From positions 1 through 5,615 of IMG/VR virus record IMGVR_UViG_2606217104_000006: 5,615 nt of DNA; one strand, written 5' to 3'. Shown piece after piece: positions 1-5,359 of this stretch. A program made the translations under genes and the position numbers. The notes beneath the pieces were generated by a model. That model saw only the letters and a program-made list of their open reading frames with translations, was not told the DNA's origin and did not search any database. The DNA comes from a virus (Duplodnaviria; Heunggongvirae; Uroviricota; Caudoviricetes). Position 1 is the first letter of the stretch. Each line of letters begins with the position of its first letter.

Positions 1-589
1 CGAGCTGTACCGGGATGGCCGGATAACGGAAGCCGCCTGTTGGGCTCACGCCCGCCGTAAAATCCACGATGTGCACGTTCGCACCCCGTCAGCCCTGACG
101 GAGGAAGCGCTGAAACGGATCGGCGAACTGTACGCCATCGAGGCAGAGATAAGGGGAATGACGGCGGAGCAGCGCCTTGCCGAACGTCAGTTGAAAACGA
201 AACCGCTGCTGAAATCCCTGGAAAGCTGGCTGCGTGAAAAGATGAAAACCCTGTCGCGACACTCAGAACTGGCGAAAGCGTTCGCATACGCCCTGAACCA
301 GTGGCCGGCGCTGACGTACTATGCGAACGATGGCTGGGCTGAGGCGGACAATAACATCGCTGAAAATGCGTTGCGGATGGTCAGTCTGGGCCGCAAAAAC
401 TACCTGTTCTTCGGTTCGGATCATGGAGGAGAGCGGGGAGCGCTGCTGTACAGCCTGATCGGGACGTGCAAACTGAACGGAGTGGAGCCAGAAAGCTACC
501 TCCGCTATGTCCTTGACGTCATAGCCGACTGGCCGATAAACCGGGTCGGCGAACTGCTCCCCTGGCGCGTAGCACTGCCGACTGAATAA
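1..589 (+). CDS. IS66-family transposase (TnpC/orf3 type), C-terminal ~195 codons; 5' end lies upstream of the window
   Basis: Open frame enters from the window edge (codon phase from nt 2) and ends at TAA 587-589. The translation contains [12 protein letters not shown] and [71 protein letters not shown], which I recognise as the conserved C-terminal region of IS66-family transposases. Family knowledge only, no search run. Confidence 0.88.
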   Translation, partial: ELYRDGRITEAACWAHARRKIHDVHVRTPSALTEEALKRIGELYAIEAEIRGMTAEQRLAERQLKTKPLLKSLESWLREKMKTLSRHSELAKAFAYALNQWPALTYYANDGWAEADNNIAENALRMVSLGRKNYLFFGSDHGGERGALLYSLIGTCKLNGVEPESYLRYVLDVIADWPINRVGELLPWRVALPTE

Positions 590-626
590 CACATCCCCGT
601 CAATACGGTTCTTGCTGCACGCTTAC
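1..626 (+). mobile_element. Right-hand end of an IS66-family insertion sequence (partial; the rest of the element is upstream of the window)
   Basis: The transposase stop at 589 is followed 37 bp later by a sequence whose reverse complement reads GTAAGCGTGCAGCAAGAACC (nt 626 back to 607). From memory this matches the GTAAGCG-type terminal inverted repeat of IS66-family elements. Immediately after nt 626 the sequence becomes phage tape-measure coding sequence. Confidence 0.75.
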
Positions 627-2079
627 GGCTGAGGCGGGTTCGGTGATCACCCAGTTCAGCCAGGCGCTGGCACAGGGTGTGTTGCGCGGTGAGGAATTTA
701 ATTCGGTCAATGAAAGTGGTGACCGGATCATTCGTGCACTGGCTGCAGGCATGGGCGTGGCCCGTAAAGATCTGAAGGCGATGGCGGACGATGGTCAACT
801 GACGGCGGATAAAGTCGTTCCTGCGTTAATCAGCCAGCTGGAGGTATTGCGTGATGAATACGCGGCCATGCCGGAAACGGTCTCTGACGGGATCACAAAG
901 GTGGAAAACGCCTTTATGGCCTGGGTGGGTGGTGCGAATGAGGCCAGCGGGGTGACGAAAACGCTCTCCGGCGTGCTGAACGGTGTTGCCGGACAGATTG
1001 ATAATGTGGCAACAGCCGTGGGGGCACTGGTTGCCGTCGGGGTTGCCCGGTACTTTGGCAATATGGCCTCCGGAGCGATGTCTGCCACGGCAGGACTTGT
1101 GACGGCTGCACGTAATGAAGTTGCACTGGCGGAAGCACAGTTCAGGGGAACGCAGATTGCCACGGCGCGGGCAAGGGCAGCCGTGTACCGTGCTCAGCAG
1201 GCCGTGGCGGCAGCCCGCGGGACGGAGATGCAGATTGCTGCAGAGGCCCGTCTGGCGGCCACACAGGAACGCCTGAACAGAAATATTGCTGCCAGAAGCG
1301 CCGCCCAGAATGCGCTGAACAGTACAACGGCGGTGGGCTCACGTCTGATGAGCGGTGCGCTGGGGCTGGTTGGTGGCGTACCCGGACTGGTGATGCTGGG
1401 GGCTGCAGCATGGTACACGCTGTACCAGAATCAGGAGCAGGCCAGGGAGTCTGCGCGCCAGTATGCACTGACGATAGATGAAATCGCGCATAAAACGCCG
1501 TCAATGTCTCTGCCTGAAGCCTCAGATAATGAAGGACGAACACGGGCGGCGCTGACAGAGCAGAACCGGCTGATTGATGAACAGGCCAGTCGGGTGAAAT
1601 CCCTGCAGGAAAAAATCGCAGGATATCAGTATGTTCTGGCGAACCCGGGCTGGACGACCGGTGACGGATTCATGATAAACCATCTGACATCGGTGAAGAC
1701 CGTAAATGCCCGTTTTCTGGATGCGGTGAATTTTGTGGCGGGCAATCCGGAAGCGGACCCGGAGCAGGAGCTGAGCGACCGCTGGGTGGTGGAGCAGATG
1801 TCAGAGCTGACGGCCATGACAGCCTCGTTTGTGCTGGCAACACCGACGGAGACGGACGGAGCGCTGTTTCCCGGTCGCATTATGCTGGCGAATACCTGTA
1901 TGTGGACCTACCGCTCTGATGAGTGTGGTTACACGGGCGGGGCTGTGGCGGATGAGTTCGATAAACCCACCACCGATATCCGTAAGGACAGATGCAGCAA
2001 GTGCATGCGCGGGTGTGAGATGCGCGGCATGGTGGCTAATTTTGGCGGTTTCCTTTCCATTAACAAACTTTCGCAGTAA
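627..2079 (+). pseudogene. Chimeric tail-gene remnant: tail tape-measure protein N-terminal fragment fused in frame to the C-terminal cysteine-rich domain of minor tail protein L (gpL-like); 5' end interrupted by the IS66 element
   Basis: Continuous ORF (ORF track 643-2079; coding phase is already open from nt 628). The N-terminal part (FSQALAQGVLRGEEFNSVNE...KDLKAMADDGQLTADKVVPALISQLE) resembles the conserved tape-measure N-terminal domain, followed by an Ala-rich coiled-coil region and a hydrophobic Gly-rich segment (LMSGALGLVGGVPGLVMLGAAAWY) typical of tape-measure proteins. From at least nt 1708 (ARFLDAVNFVAGNPEADPEQE...GRIMLANTCMWTYRSDECGY...DRCSKCMRGCEMRGMVANFGGFLSINKLSQ) it matches the C-terminal half of lambda gpL as I recall it, including the conserved Cys cluster. 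The junction lies roughly between nt 1560 and 1700 and cannot be placed exactly by eye. Confidence 0.75.
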
Positions 2080-2087
2080 TGGATTAT

Positions 2088-2112
2088 GCCCACCATCAGG
2101 TGGGTTTTTTGT
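2088..2112 (+). terminator. Rho-independent terminator downstream of the L remnant
   Basis: GC-rich inverted repeat CCCACC (2089-2094) / GGTGGG (2099-2104) with a 4-nt loop ATCA, followed by TTTTTT (2105-2110). The stop codon of the minus-strand Mnt-like gene (TCA at 2096-2098 on plus, read as TGA on minus) lies in the loop. Confidence 0.7.
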
Positions 2113-2470
2113 TGTCATCACCAAGATATTTCTGCTTATATTCCTCTGAAAGAGGAATTGATCTTTCAACCATGCTAATAAGTTTATCTACTTGTTTTTT
2201 CTGTTTTTCTATGATTTCTAAAAGTTGAGGTATAAGTTTTTCATGCTCGCTTTTATCATATTTTCTGTTTATCGCATCTAGTTGTTCTTTAAACTGCTGA
2301 ACGATAGGACCATCCTCCGGCCCAAAATCACGACAAACACGAATCGCCAACTCAAGCAGAGTGACAATCTCAGCATTCATAGAACGATTATTTTGTTTTG
2401 ATGACGCTTCAATTATTTTTTTTAATTCAACAGGAAGCCTAATCCGAAGTTGAGGGTCTTCTCTACTCAT
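2096..2470 (-). CDS. Mnt-like ribbon-helix-helix (Arc/MetJ superfamily) transcriptional repressor with an extended C-terminal coiled-coil region (124 aa)
   Basis: ORF track 2096-2470 minus. The N-terminus MSREDPQLRIRLPVELKKIIEASSKQNNRSMNAEIVTLLELAI has the beta-strand and two-helix pattern, including the N(G/N)RSMN(S/A)E motif, that I recall from P22 Mnt and Arc. The C-terminal half is charged and heptad-like (QQFKEQLDAINRKYDKSEHEKLIPQLLEIIEKQKKQVDKLISMVE), consistent with an oligomerisation coiled coil as in Mnt. It is transcribed divergently from the Arc-like/Ant-like genes. The Shine-Dalgarno is weak. Confidence 0.8.
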   Translation of the reverse strand: MSREDPQLRIRLPVELKKIIEASSKQNNRSMNAEIVTLLELAIRVCRDFGPEDGPIVQQFKEQLDAINRKYDKSEHEKLIPQLLEIIEKQKKQVDKLISMVERSIPLSEEYKQKYLGDDNKKPT

Positions 2471-2507
2471 ACCATTAGTCCAAACAGGAAAAATTCACAA
2501 TAAGTAA

Positions 2508-2536
2508 ATTATGCCCCACGGTGGGGTTGACTTCAA
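2508..2536 (-). promoter_or_regulatory. Predicted sigma70 promoter for the Mnt-like gene (Pmnt-like), arranged back-to-back with the plus-strand promoter
   Basis: On the minus strand: -35 TTGAAG (plus coordinates 2536-2531), 17-bp spacer, -10 CATAAT (plus coordinates 2513-2508). Its -35 overlaps the -35 of the plus-strand promoter by 2 bp, and the 13-bp palindrome 2514-2526 sits in its spacer. Confidence 0.45.
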
Positions 2537-2555
2537 TGACGCACGGTGTGACAAT
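2527..2555 (+). promoter_or_regulatory. Predicted sigma70 promoter for the Arc-like/Ant-like operon (Pant-like)
   Basis: -35 TTGACT (2527-2532), 17-bp spacer, -10 GACAAT (2550-2555) preceded by TG at 2547-2548 (extended -10). The predicted start near 2562 leaves a ~32-nt leader before the AAGGAG Shine-Dalgarno (2583-2588) and ATG 2594. Confidence 0.5.
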
Positions 2556-2593
2556 TTTGATTGCCCCACAGTGAGGCTATTTAAGGAGTGGAG

Positions 2594-2761
2594 ATGGAAA
2601 AAGCAAAAGACATGTATCAACGCAAGGTTCGTTTCCCAGAGGATGTAAGGAAGGCGATTGAAAGAAATGGAGAAAAAGAGTGTCGACAGTTCAACACGGA
2701 ACTTATTTATCAATTGAGAAAAGTGTACGGACTGATTGGAGAGAAGAATGCTAGGACATAA
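2594..2761 (+). CDS. Arc-like ribbon-helix-helix repressor (55 aa); not in the supplied ORF track, presumably below its length cutoff
   Basis: ATG 2594 is preceded by a strong Shine-Dalgarno AAGGAG (2583-2588, 5-nt spacing); TAA at 2759-2761. Translation: MEKAKDMYQRKVRFPEDVRKAIERNGEKECRQFNTELIYQLRKVYGLIGEKNART. The RKVRFPEDV strand followed by two short helices parallels P22 Arc (FNLRWPREV...NGRSVNSEIYQRV, recalled from memory). Small size and position immediately upstream of an antirepressor gene both fit. Confidence 0.7.
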   Translation: MEKAKDMYQRKVRFPEDVRKAIERNGEKECRQFNTELIYQLRKVYGLIGEKNART

Positions 2762-2830
2762 AAATAGCGAAGCCCGACAGTGCGCGAACACAAATCGGGC
2801 TTCTATGTCAGTAACTTCCAAGGAACTAAC
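2762..2830 (-). ncRNA. Predicted sar-like antisense RNA (~68 nt) complementary to the Arc-like/Ant-like intercistronic region and the Ant-like ribosome-binding site
   Basis: Minus-strand promoter with near-consensus elements inside the 5' end of the Ant-like gene (see next feature) predicts a start near nt 2830. A 9-bp perfect stem (2769-2777 / 2795-2803, 17-nt loop) is followed on the minus strand by GCUAUUUUUAU (plus 2768-2759), a plausible intrinsic terminator ending just after the Arc-like stop codon. The transcript would be antisense to the Ant-like Shine-Dalgarno (2819-2825). Confidence 0.4.
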
Positions 2831-2833
2831 GAA

Positions 2834-3754
2834 ATGAGTATAGCAACAGCGGTATCTACTATCAACGTGCCATTCCACGGCGCAGAGCTTTATGTCGTCA
2901 ATCACAACGGCGAACCGTACACCCCAATGAAACCTATCGTTGAGGGAATGGGTATGGATTGGGCTTCACAGTTTACAAAGTTAAAACAAAGATTTGCTAA
3001 AGGTATTGTGGAAATCGCAATACCTTCAGTTGGCGGTATGCAGACCATGATTTGCCTTGCTTTGCGTAAACTGAATGGTTGGCTCCAAACCATCAGTCCT
3101 AACAAAGTCCGCCCTGAAATCCGCGAGAAGGTAATCCAGTATCAGGAAGAGTGTGACGATGTGCTCTACGAGTACTGGACTAAAGGCCATGTGATTAACC
3201 CGCGCAAAGCTAAAAAGGCATTGCTGGGGAAAATCACCACTGAACAGCAGGAAGCCATTAAACAACTCGTCATGAGTCGCGGTCAGTCTCTGCCAAAAGA
3301 AAAACAGGCGAAGGCGATGATCACCATGTGGTCGTCACTGAAATCCCATTTTGGATGTTCGTACAAAGAAATTAGTGAGGAGCAGTTTACCGAAGCACTG
3401 TCACTTGCTGCTCGCGTTCCGCTTGAAGGTGAGTTCATTGGCAAACAAGAGAAGAAAACCAACGAGCTTTCTGCAAAAGAAGCAAACAGCCTTGTATGGT
3501 TATGGGATTATGCTAACCGCTCACAGGCATTATTCCGCGAACTGTATCCGGCGCTAAAGCAAATTCAATCGAACTATTCCTGCAGATGCTACGACTACGG
3601 TCATGAGTTCTCGTATGTTATTGGAATGGCGAGAGACGTTTTAATCAATCACACGCGAGATATTGATATTAATGAGCCAGACGGACCAACGAATCTTTCT
3701 GCATGGCTAAGACTTAAGAACAAAGAATTACCTCCTTCACTGCATCACTACTAA
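2834..3754 (+). CDS. Phage antirepressor (P22 Ant-like; P22 antirepressor N-terminal-type domain)
   Basis: ORF track 2780-3754, but the start is more likely ATG 2834, preceded by AAGGAAC (2819-2825); the GTG at 2780 lies inside a hairpin loop and has no Shine-Dalgarno. TAA at 3752-3754. The N-terminal region VPFHGAELYVVNHNGEPYTPMKPIVEGMGMDW...RPEIREKVIQYQEECDDVLYEYW matches my recollection of the N-terminal domain of P22-type antirepressors. It sits downstream of an Arc-like gene, as ant does in P22 immI. Confidence 0.72.
   Translation: MSIATAVSTINVPFHGAELYVVNHNGEPYTPMKPIVEGMGMDWASQFTKLKQRFAKGIVEIAIPSVGGMQTMICLALRKLNGWLQTISPNKVRPEIREKVIQYQEECDDVLYEYWTKGHVINPRKAKKALLGKITTEQQEAIKQLVMSRGQSLPKEKQAKAMITMWSSLKSHFGCSYKEISEEQFTEALSLAARVPLEGEFIGKQEKKTNELSAKEANSLVWLWDYANRSQALFRELYPALKQIQSNYSCRCYDYGHEFSYVIGMARDVLINHTRDIDINEPDGPTNLSAWLRLKNKELPPSLHHY
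2837..2865 (-). promoter_or_regulatory. Predicted promoter of the sar-like antisense RNA, located within the first codons of the Ant-like gene
   Basis: Minus-strand -35 TTGATA (plus 2865-2860), exactly 17-bp spacer, -10 TATACT (plus 2842-2837). Both hexamers are 5/6 matches to consensus. Confidence 0.5.
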
Positions 3755-3772
3755 CAGATTGCCAACGAAATG

Positions 3773-3796
3773 ACCCAGCTTCGGCTGGGTTTTTTA
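3773..3796 (+). terminator. Rho-independent terminator downstream of the Ant-like gene
   Basis: 7-bp stem ACCCAGC (3773-3779) / GCTGGGT (3784-3790) with a UUCG tetraloop (3780-3783), followed by TTTTT (3791-3795). Confidence 0.8.
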
Positions 3797-3808
3797 TCAG
3801 GAGTTCTC

Positions 3809-4546
3809 ATGCTCTATAGCAATATATTGGCGCACGCCCGGCGATGTGCGCCAGCGGAGTCGTGCGGCTTCGTGGTGAGAACGCCGGAGGGGGAAAGATA
3901 TTTTCCCTGCGTGAATATCTCCGGTGAGCCGGAGGATTATTTCCGGATGGCTCCGGAGGACTGGCTGCAGGCCAAAATGCAGGGTGAGATTGTGGCGCTG
4001 GTCCACAGCCACCCCGGTGGCCTGCCCTGGCTGAGCGAGGCCGACCGGCGGCTGCAGATAAAAAGTGCACTGTCCTGGTGGCTGGTCTGCCGGGGGGACA
4101 TTCATAAATTCCGCTGTGTGCCACATCTGACAGGACGGCGCTTTGAGCACGGGGTGACGGACTGTTACACGCTGTTCCGGGATGCCTACCATCTGGCGGG
4201 AATTGATATGCCGGATTTTGAGCGTGAGGATGACTGGTGGCGCAACGGTCAGAACCTTTACCTGGACAATATGGCGGTCACCGGCTTTTACCGGGTGCCC
4301 CTGTCCTCTGCACAGGCGGGCGATATCCTGCTGTGCTGCTTTGGCGCATCGGTGGCCAATCATGCCGCCATTTACTGCGGCAACGGTGAACTGCTTCACC
4401 ATCTGCCTGAACAACTGAGTAAACGGGAGAGGTATTCCGAAAAATGGCAACGACGAACGCATTCTGTCTGGCGTCACCGCCACTGGCACGCATCTGCCTT
4501 CACGGGGATTTACAACGATTTGGCCGCCGCCTCAGCCTGTACGTGA
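3809..4546 (+). CDS. K: Tail tip assembly protein K (lambda gpK-like; JAB/MPN plus NlpC/P60 domains)
   Basis: ATG 3809 with AGGAG (3799-3803) 5 nt upstream. The ORF-track start at 3770 would place the first 13 codons inside the preceding terminator hairpin, so it is rejected. The translation contains the JAMM-type motif VHSHPGGLPWLSEADR and an NlpC/P60-like Cys/His pair (GVTDCYTLF ... NHAAIYCG), and is collinear with lambda K as I recall it (ILAHARRCAPAESCGFVV...). Confidence 0.88.
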   Translation: MLYSNILAHARRCAPAESCGFVVRTPEGERYFPCVNISGEPEDYFRMAPEDWLQAKMQGEIVALVHSHPGGLPWLSEADRRLQIKSALSWWLVCRGDIHKFRCVPHLTGRRFEHGVTDCYTLFRDAYHLAGIDMPDFEREDDWWRNGQNLYLDNMAVTGFYRVPLSSAQAGDILLCCFGASVANHAAIYCGNGELLHHLPEQLSKRERYSEKWQRRTHSVWRHRHWHASAFTGIYNDLAAASACT

Positions 4547-5124
4547 ACACGGCAGCGGAAGCCATCCGGGCGCTGTCGTTACAGGTGCCGGGATTCCGCC
4601 GTCAGATGAACGAAGGCTGGTACCAGATACGTATTCGCGGTGAGGACACGGCACCGGAGGCGGTGTACGCCCGTCTTCACGAACCTCTGGGTGAGGGGGC
4701 GGTCATCCATATTGTGCCGCGACTGGCCGGAGCCGGAAAGGGCGGACTGCGGATTGTGCTGGGGGCGGCAGCCATCGTGGGCTCTTTCTTCACTGCCGGA
4801 GGCTCGATGGCGTTATGGGGTACAGCCCTGAGTGCCGGTGGTTTTTCTGCCACCACGATGCTGTTTTCACTGGGTGCCAGCATGATTCTGGGTGGTGTGG
4901 CCCAGATGCTGGCACCGAAGGCAAAAACACCGGATTACCGCGCAACGGATAACGGTAAACAGAACACGTATTTTTCGTCACTGGACAATATGATTGCCCA
5001 GGGTAACCCGATGCCGGTGCCTTACGGGGAAATGCTGGTTGGTTCACGACGGATATCCCAGGACATCAGCACCCGTGATGAAGGCGGGGGCGGAAAGGTC
5101 GTGGTTATCGGGCGGCAGGGGTAA
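4444..5124 (+). CDS. I: Tail tip assembly protein I (lambda gpI-like)
   Basis: ATG 4444, TAA 5122-5124. The translation (ASPPLARICLHGDLQRFGRR...VIHIVPRLAGAGKGG...GASMILGGVAQMLAPKAKTP...GKQNTYFSSLDNMIAQGNPMPVPYGEM) closely parallels lambda gpI as I recall it. Its 5' end overlaps the 3' end of K by 103 bp in a different frame; I recall a K/I overlap of about this size in lambda. Confidence 0.9.
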   Translation: MATTNAFCLASPPLARICLHGDLQRFGRRLSLYVNTAAEAIRALSLQVPGFRRQMNEGWYQIRIRGEDTAPEAVYARLHEPLGEGAVIHIVPRLAGAGKGGLRIVLGAAAIVGSFFTAGGSMALWGTALSAGGFSATTMLFSLGASMILGGVAQMLAPKAKTPDYRATDNGKQNTYFSSLDNMIAQGNPMPVPYGEMLVGSRRISQDISTRDEGGGGKVVVIGRQG

Positions 5125-5155
5125 AAAGAATAAAAAAATCCCGCAGAGTTGCGGA
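5125..5155 (-). terminator. Possible minus-strand intrinsic terminator in the I-J spacer
   Basis: Short GC-rich stem CCGCA (5141-5145) / TGCGG (5150-5154) with loop GAGT. On the minus strand it is followed by a run of 7 U (plus-strand A-run 5132-5138) and further U-rich sequence. The stem is only 5 bp, so this is tentative. Confidence 0.35.
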
Positions 5156-5294
5156 ACTGAGGGAGCGTTACGAAGATTAAGTGTAAGGAATTATTCTTAT
5201 GTCACGACAAAAAACATTAACGCAGAGAAATTATTAGCACCACAGTCAGTTTGTAAAAATGTGAAGATATTCAGAAGTTTTATTCAGTGATGAT

Positions 5295-5326
5295 ACAGGC
5301 ATCCTCAGGGATGCCTGTTGTTTTTG
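5295..5326 (+). terminator. Strong rho-independent terminator 34 bp upstream of the J start codon
   Basis: Perfect 10-bp stem ACAGGCATCC (5295-5304) / GGATGCCTGT (5309-5318) with loop TCAG, followed by TGTTTTT (5319-5325). Confidence 0.7.
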
Positions 5327-5359
5327 TGCGTAACAGTTATCACAGTAAAGGGTGAGACA

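Larger units (their letters stand above)
2471..2593. promoter_or_regulatory. Divergent regulatory region between the Mnt-like and Arc-like genes, with three evenly spaced CACNGTG palindromic operator-like motifs
   Basis: CCCCACgGTGGGG (2514-2526, perfect 6+1+6 palindrome), CACgGTG (2542-2548) and CCCCACaGTGAGG (2564-2576, one arm mismatch). The centres are at 2520, 2545 and 2570, exactly 25 bp apart, and the motifs overlap the predicted promoter elements on both strands. Confidence 0.6.

Noticed and set aside
263-1543. Minus-strand ORFs 263-592, 505-798, 795-1163, 914-1138, 1142-1543, 1194-1418 overlapping the transposase and tape-measure coding regions
   Set aside because: These are antisense shadow ORFs in GC-rich coding DNA. 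Their translations are Pro/Arg/Ser/Ala-rich and low in complexity, with no recognisable domains, and they overlap well-supported plus-strand genes.
1626-2169. ORFs 1626-1880 (-), 1801-2169 (-) and 1829-2149 (+) overlapping the L-like region and terminator
   Set aside because: They overlap the L-like coding frame and run through the terminator hairpin. No ribosome-binding sites or recognisable motifs.
2780-2833. GTG start at 2780 for the antirepressor ORF
   Set aside because: The GTG lies inside the loop of the 2769-2803 hairpin and has no Shine-Dalgarno. The ATG at 2834 has AAGGAAC upstream, and the conserved antirepressor N-terminal domain begins just after it.
2495-2905. Minus-strand ORF 2495-2905 (136 aa) spanning the Arc-like gene, the intercistronic hairpin and the divergent promoter
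   Set aside because: It is antisense to the well-supported Arc-like gene and the antirepressor start, would have to be translated through the promoter/operator region, and its translation is hydrophobic and low in complexity with no recognisable fold.
2088-3796. Cargo module as a toxin-antitoxin or other defence system
   Set aside because: RHH proteins often serve as antitoxins, but here both small proteins are RHH DNA binders in divergent orientation, and the large ORF has antirepressor-type rather than toxin-type features. The immI-like interpretation explains the gene order, promoters and antisense RNA better.
3770-3808. N-terminal extension of the K ORF (ORF track start at 3770, MTQLRLGFLSGVL...)
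   Set aside because: These codons coincide with the terminator hairpin and T-run (3773-3796) and have no ribosome-binding site. The ATG at 3809 has AGGAG 5 nt upstream and begins the region collinear with lambda K.
3797-4883. Minus-strand and alternative-frame ORFs (3797-4489, 3807-4124, 4182-4418, 4278-4493, 4640-4831, 4677-4883) within K and I
   Set aside because: Same reasoning: they lie fully inside the strongly supported K and I genes, have no start context, and their composition is typical of off-frame translation of GC-rich sequence.
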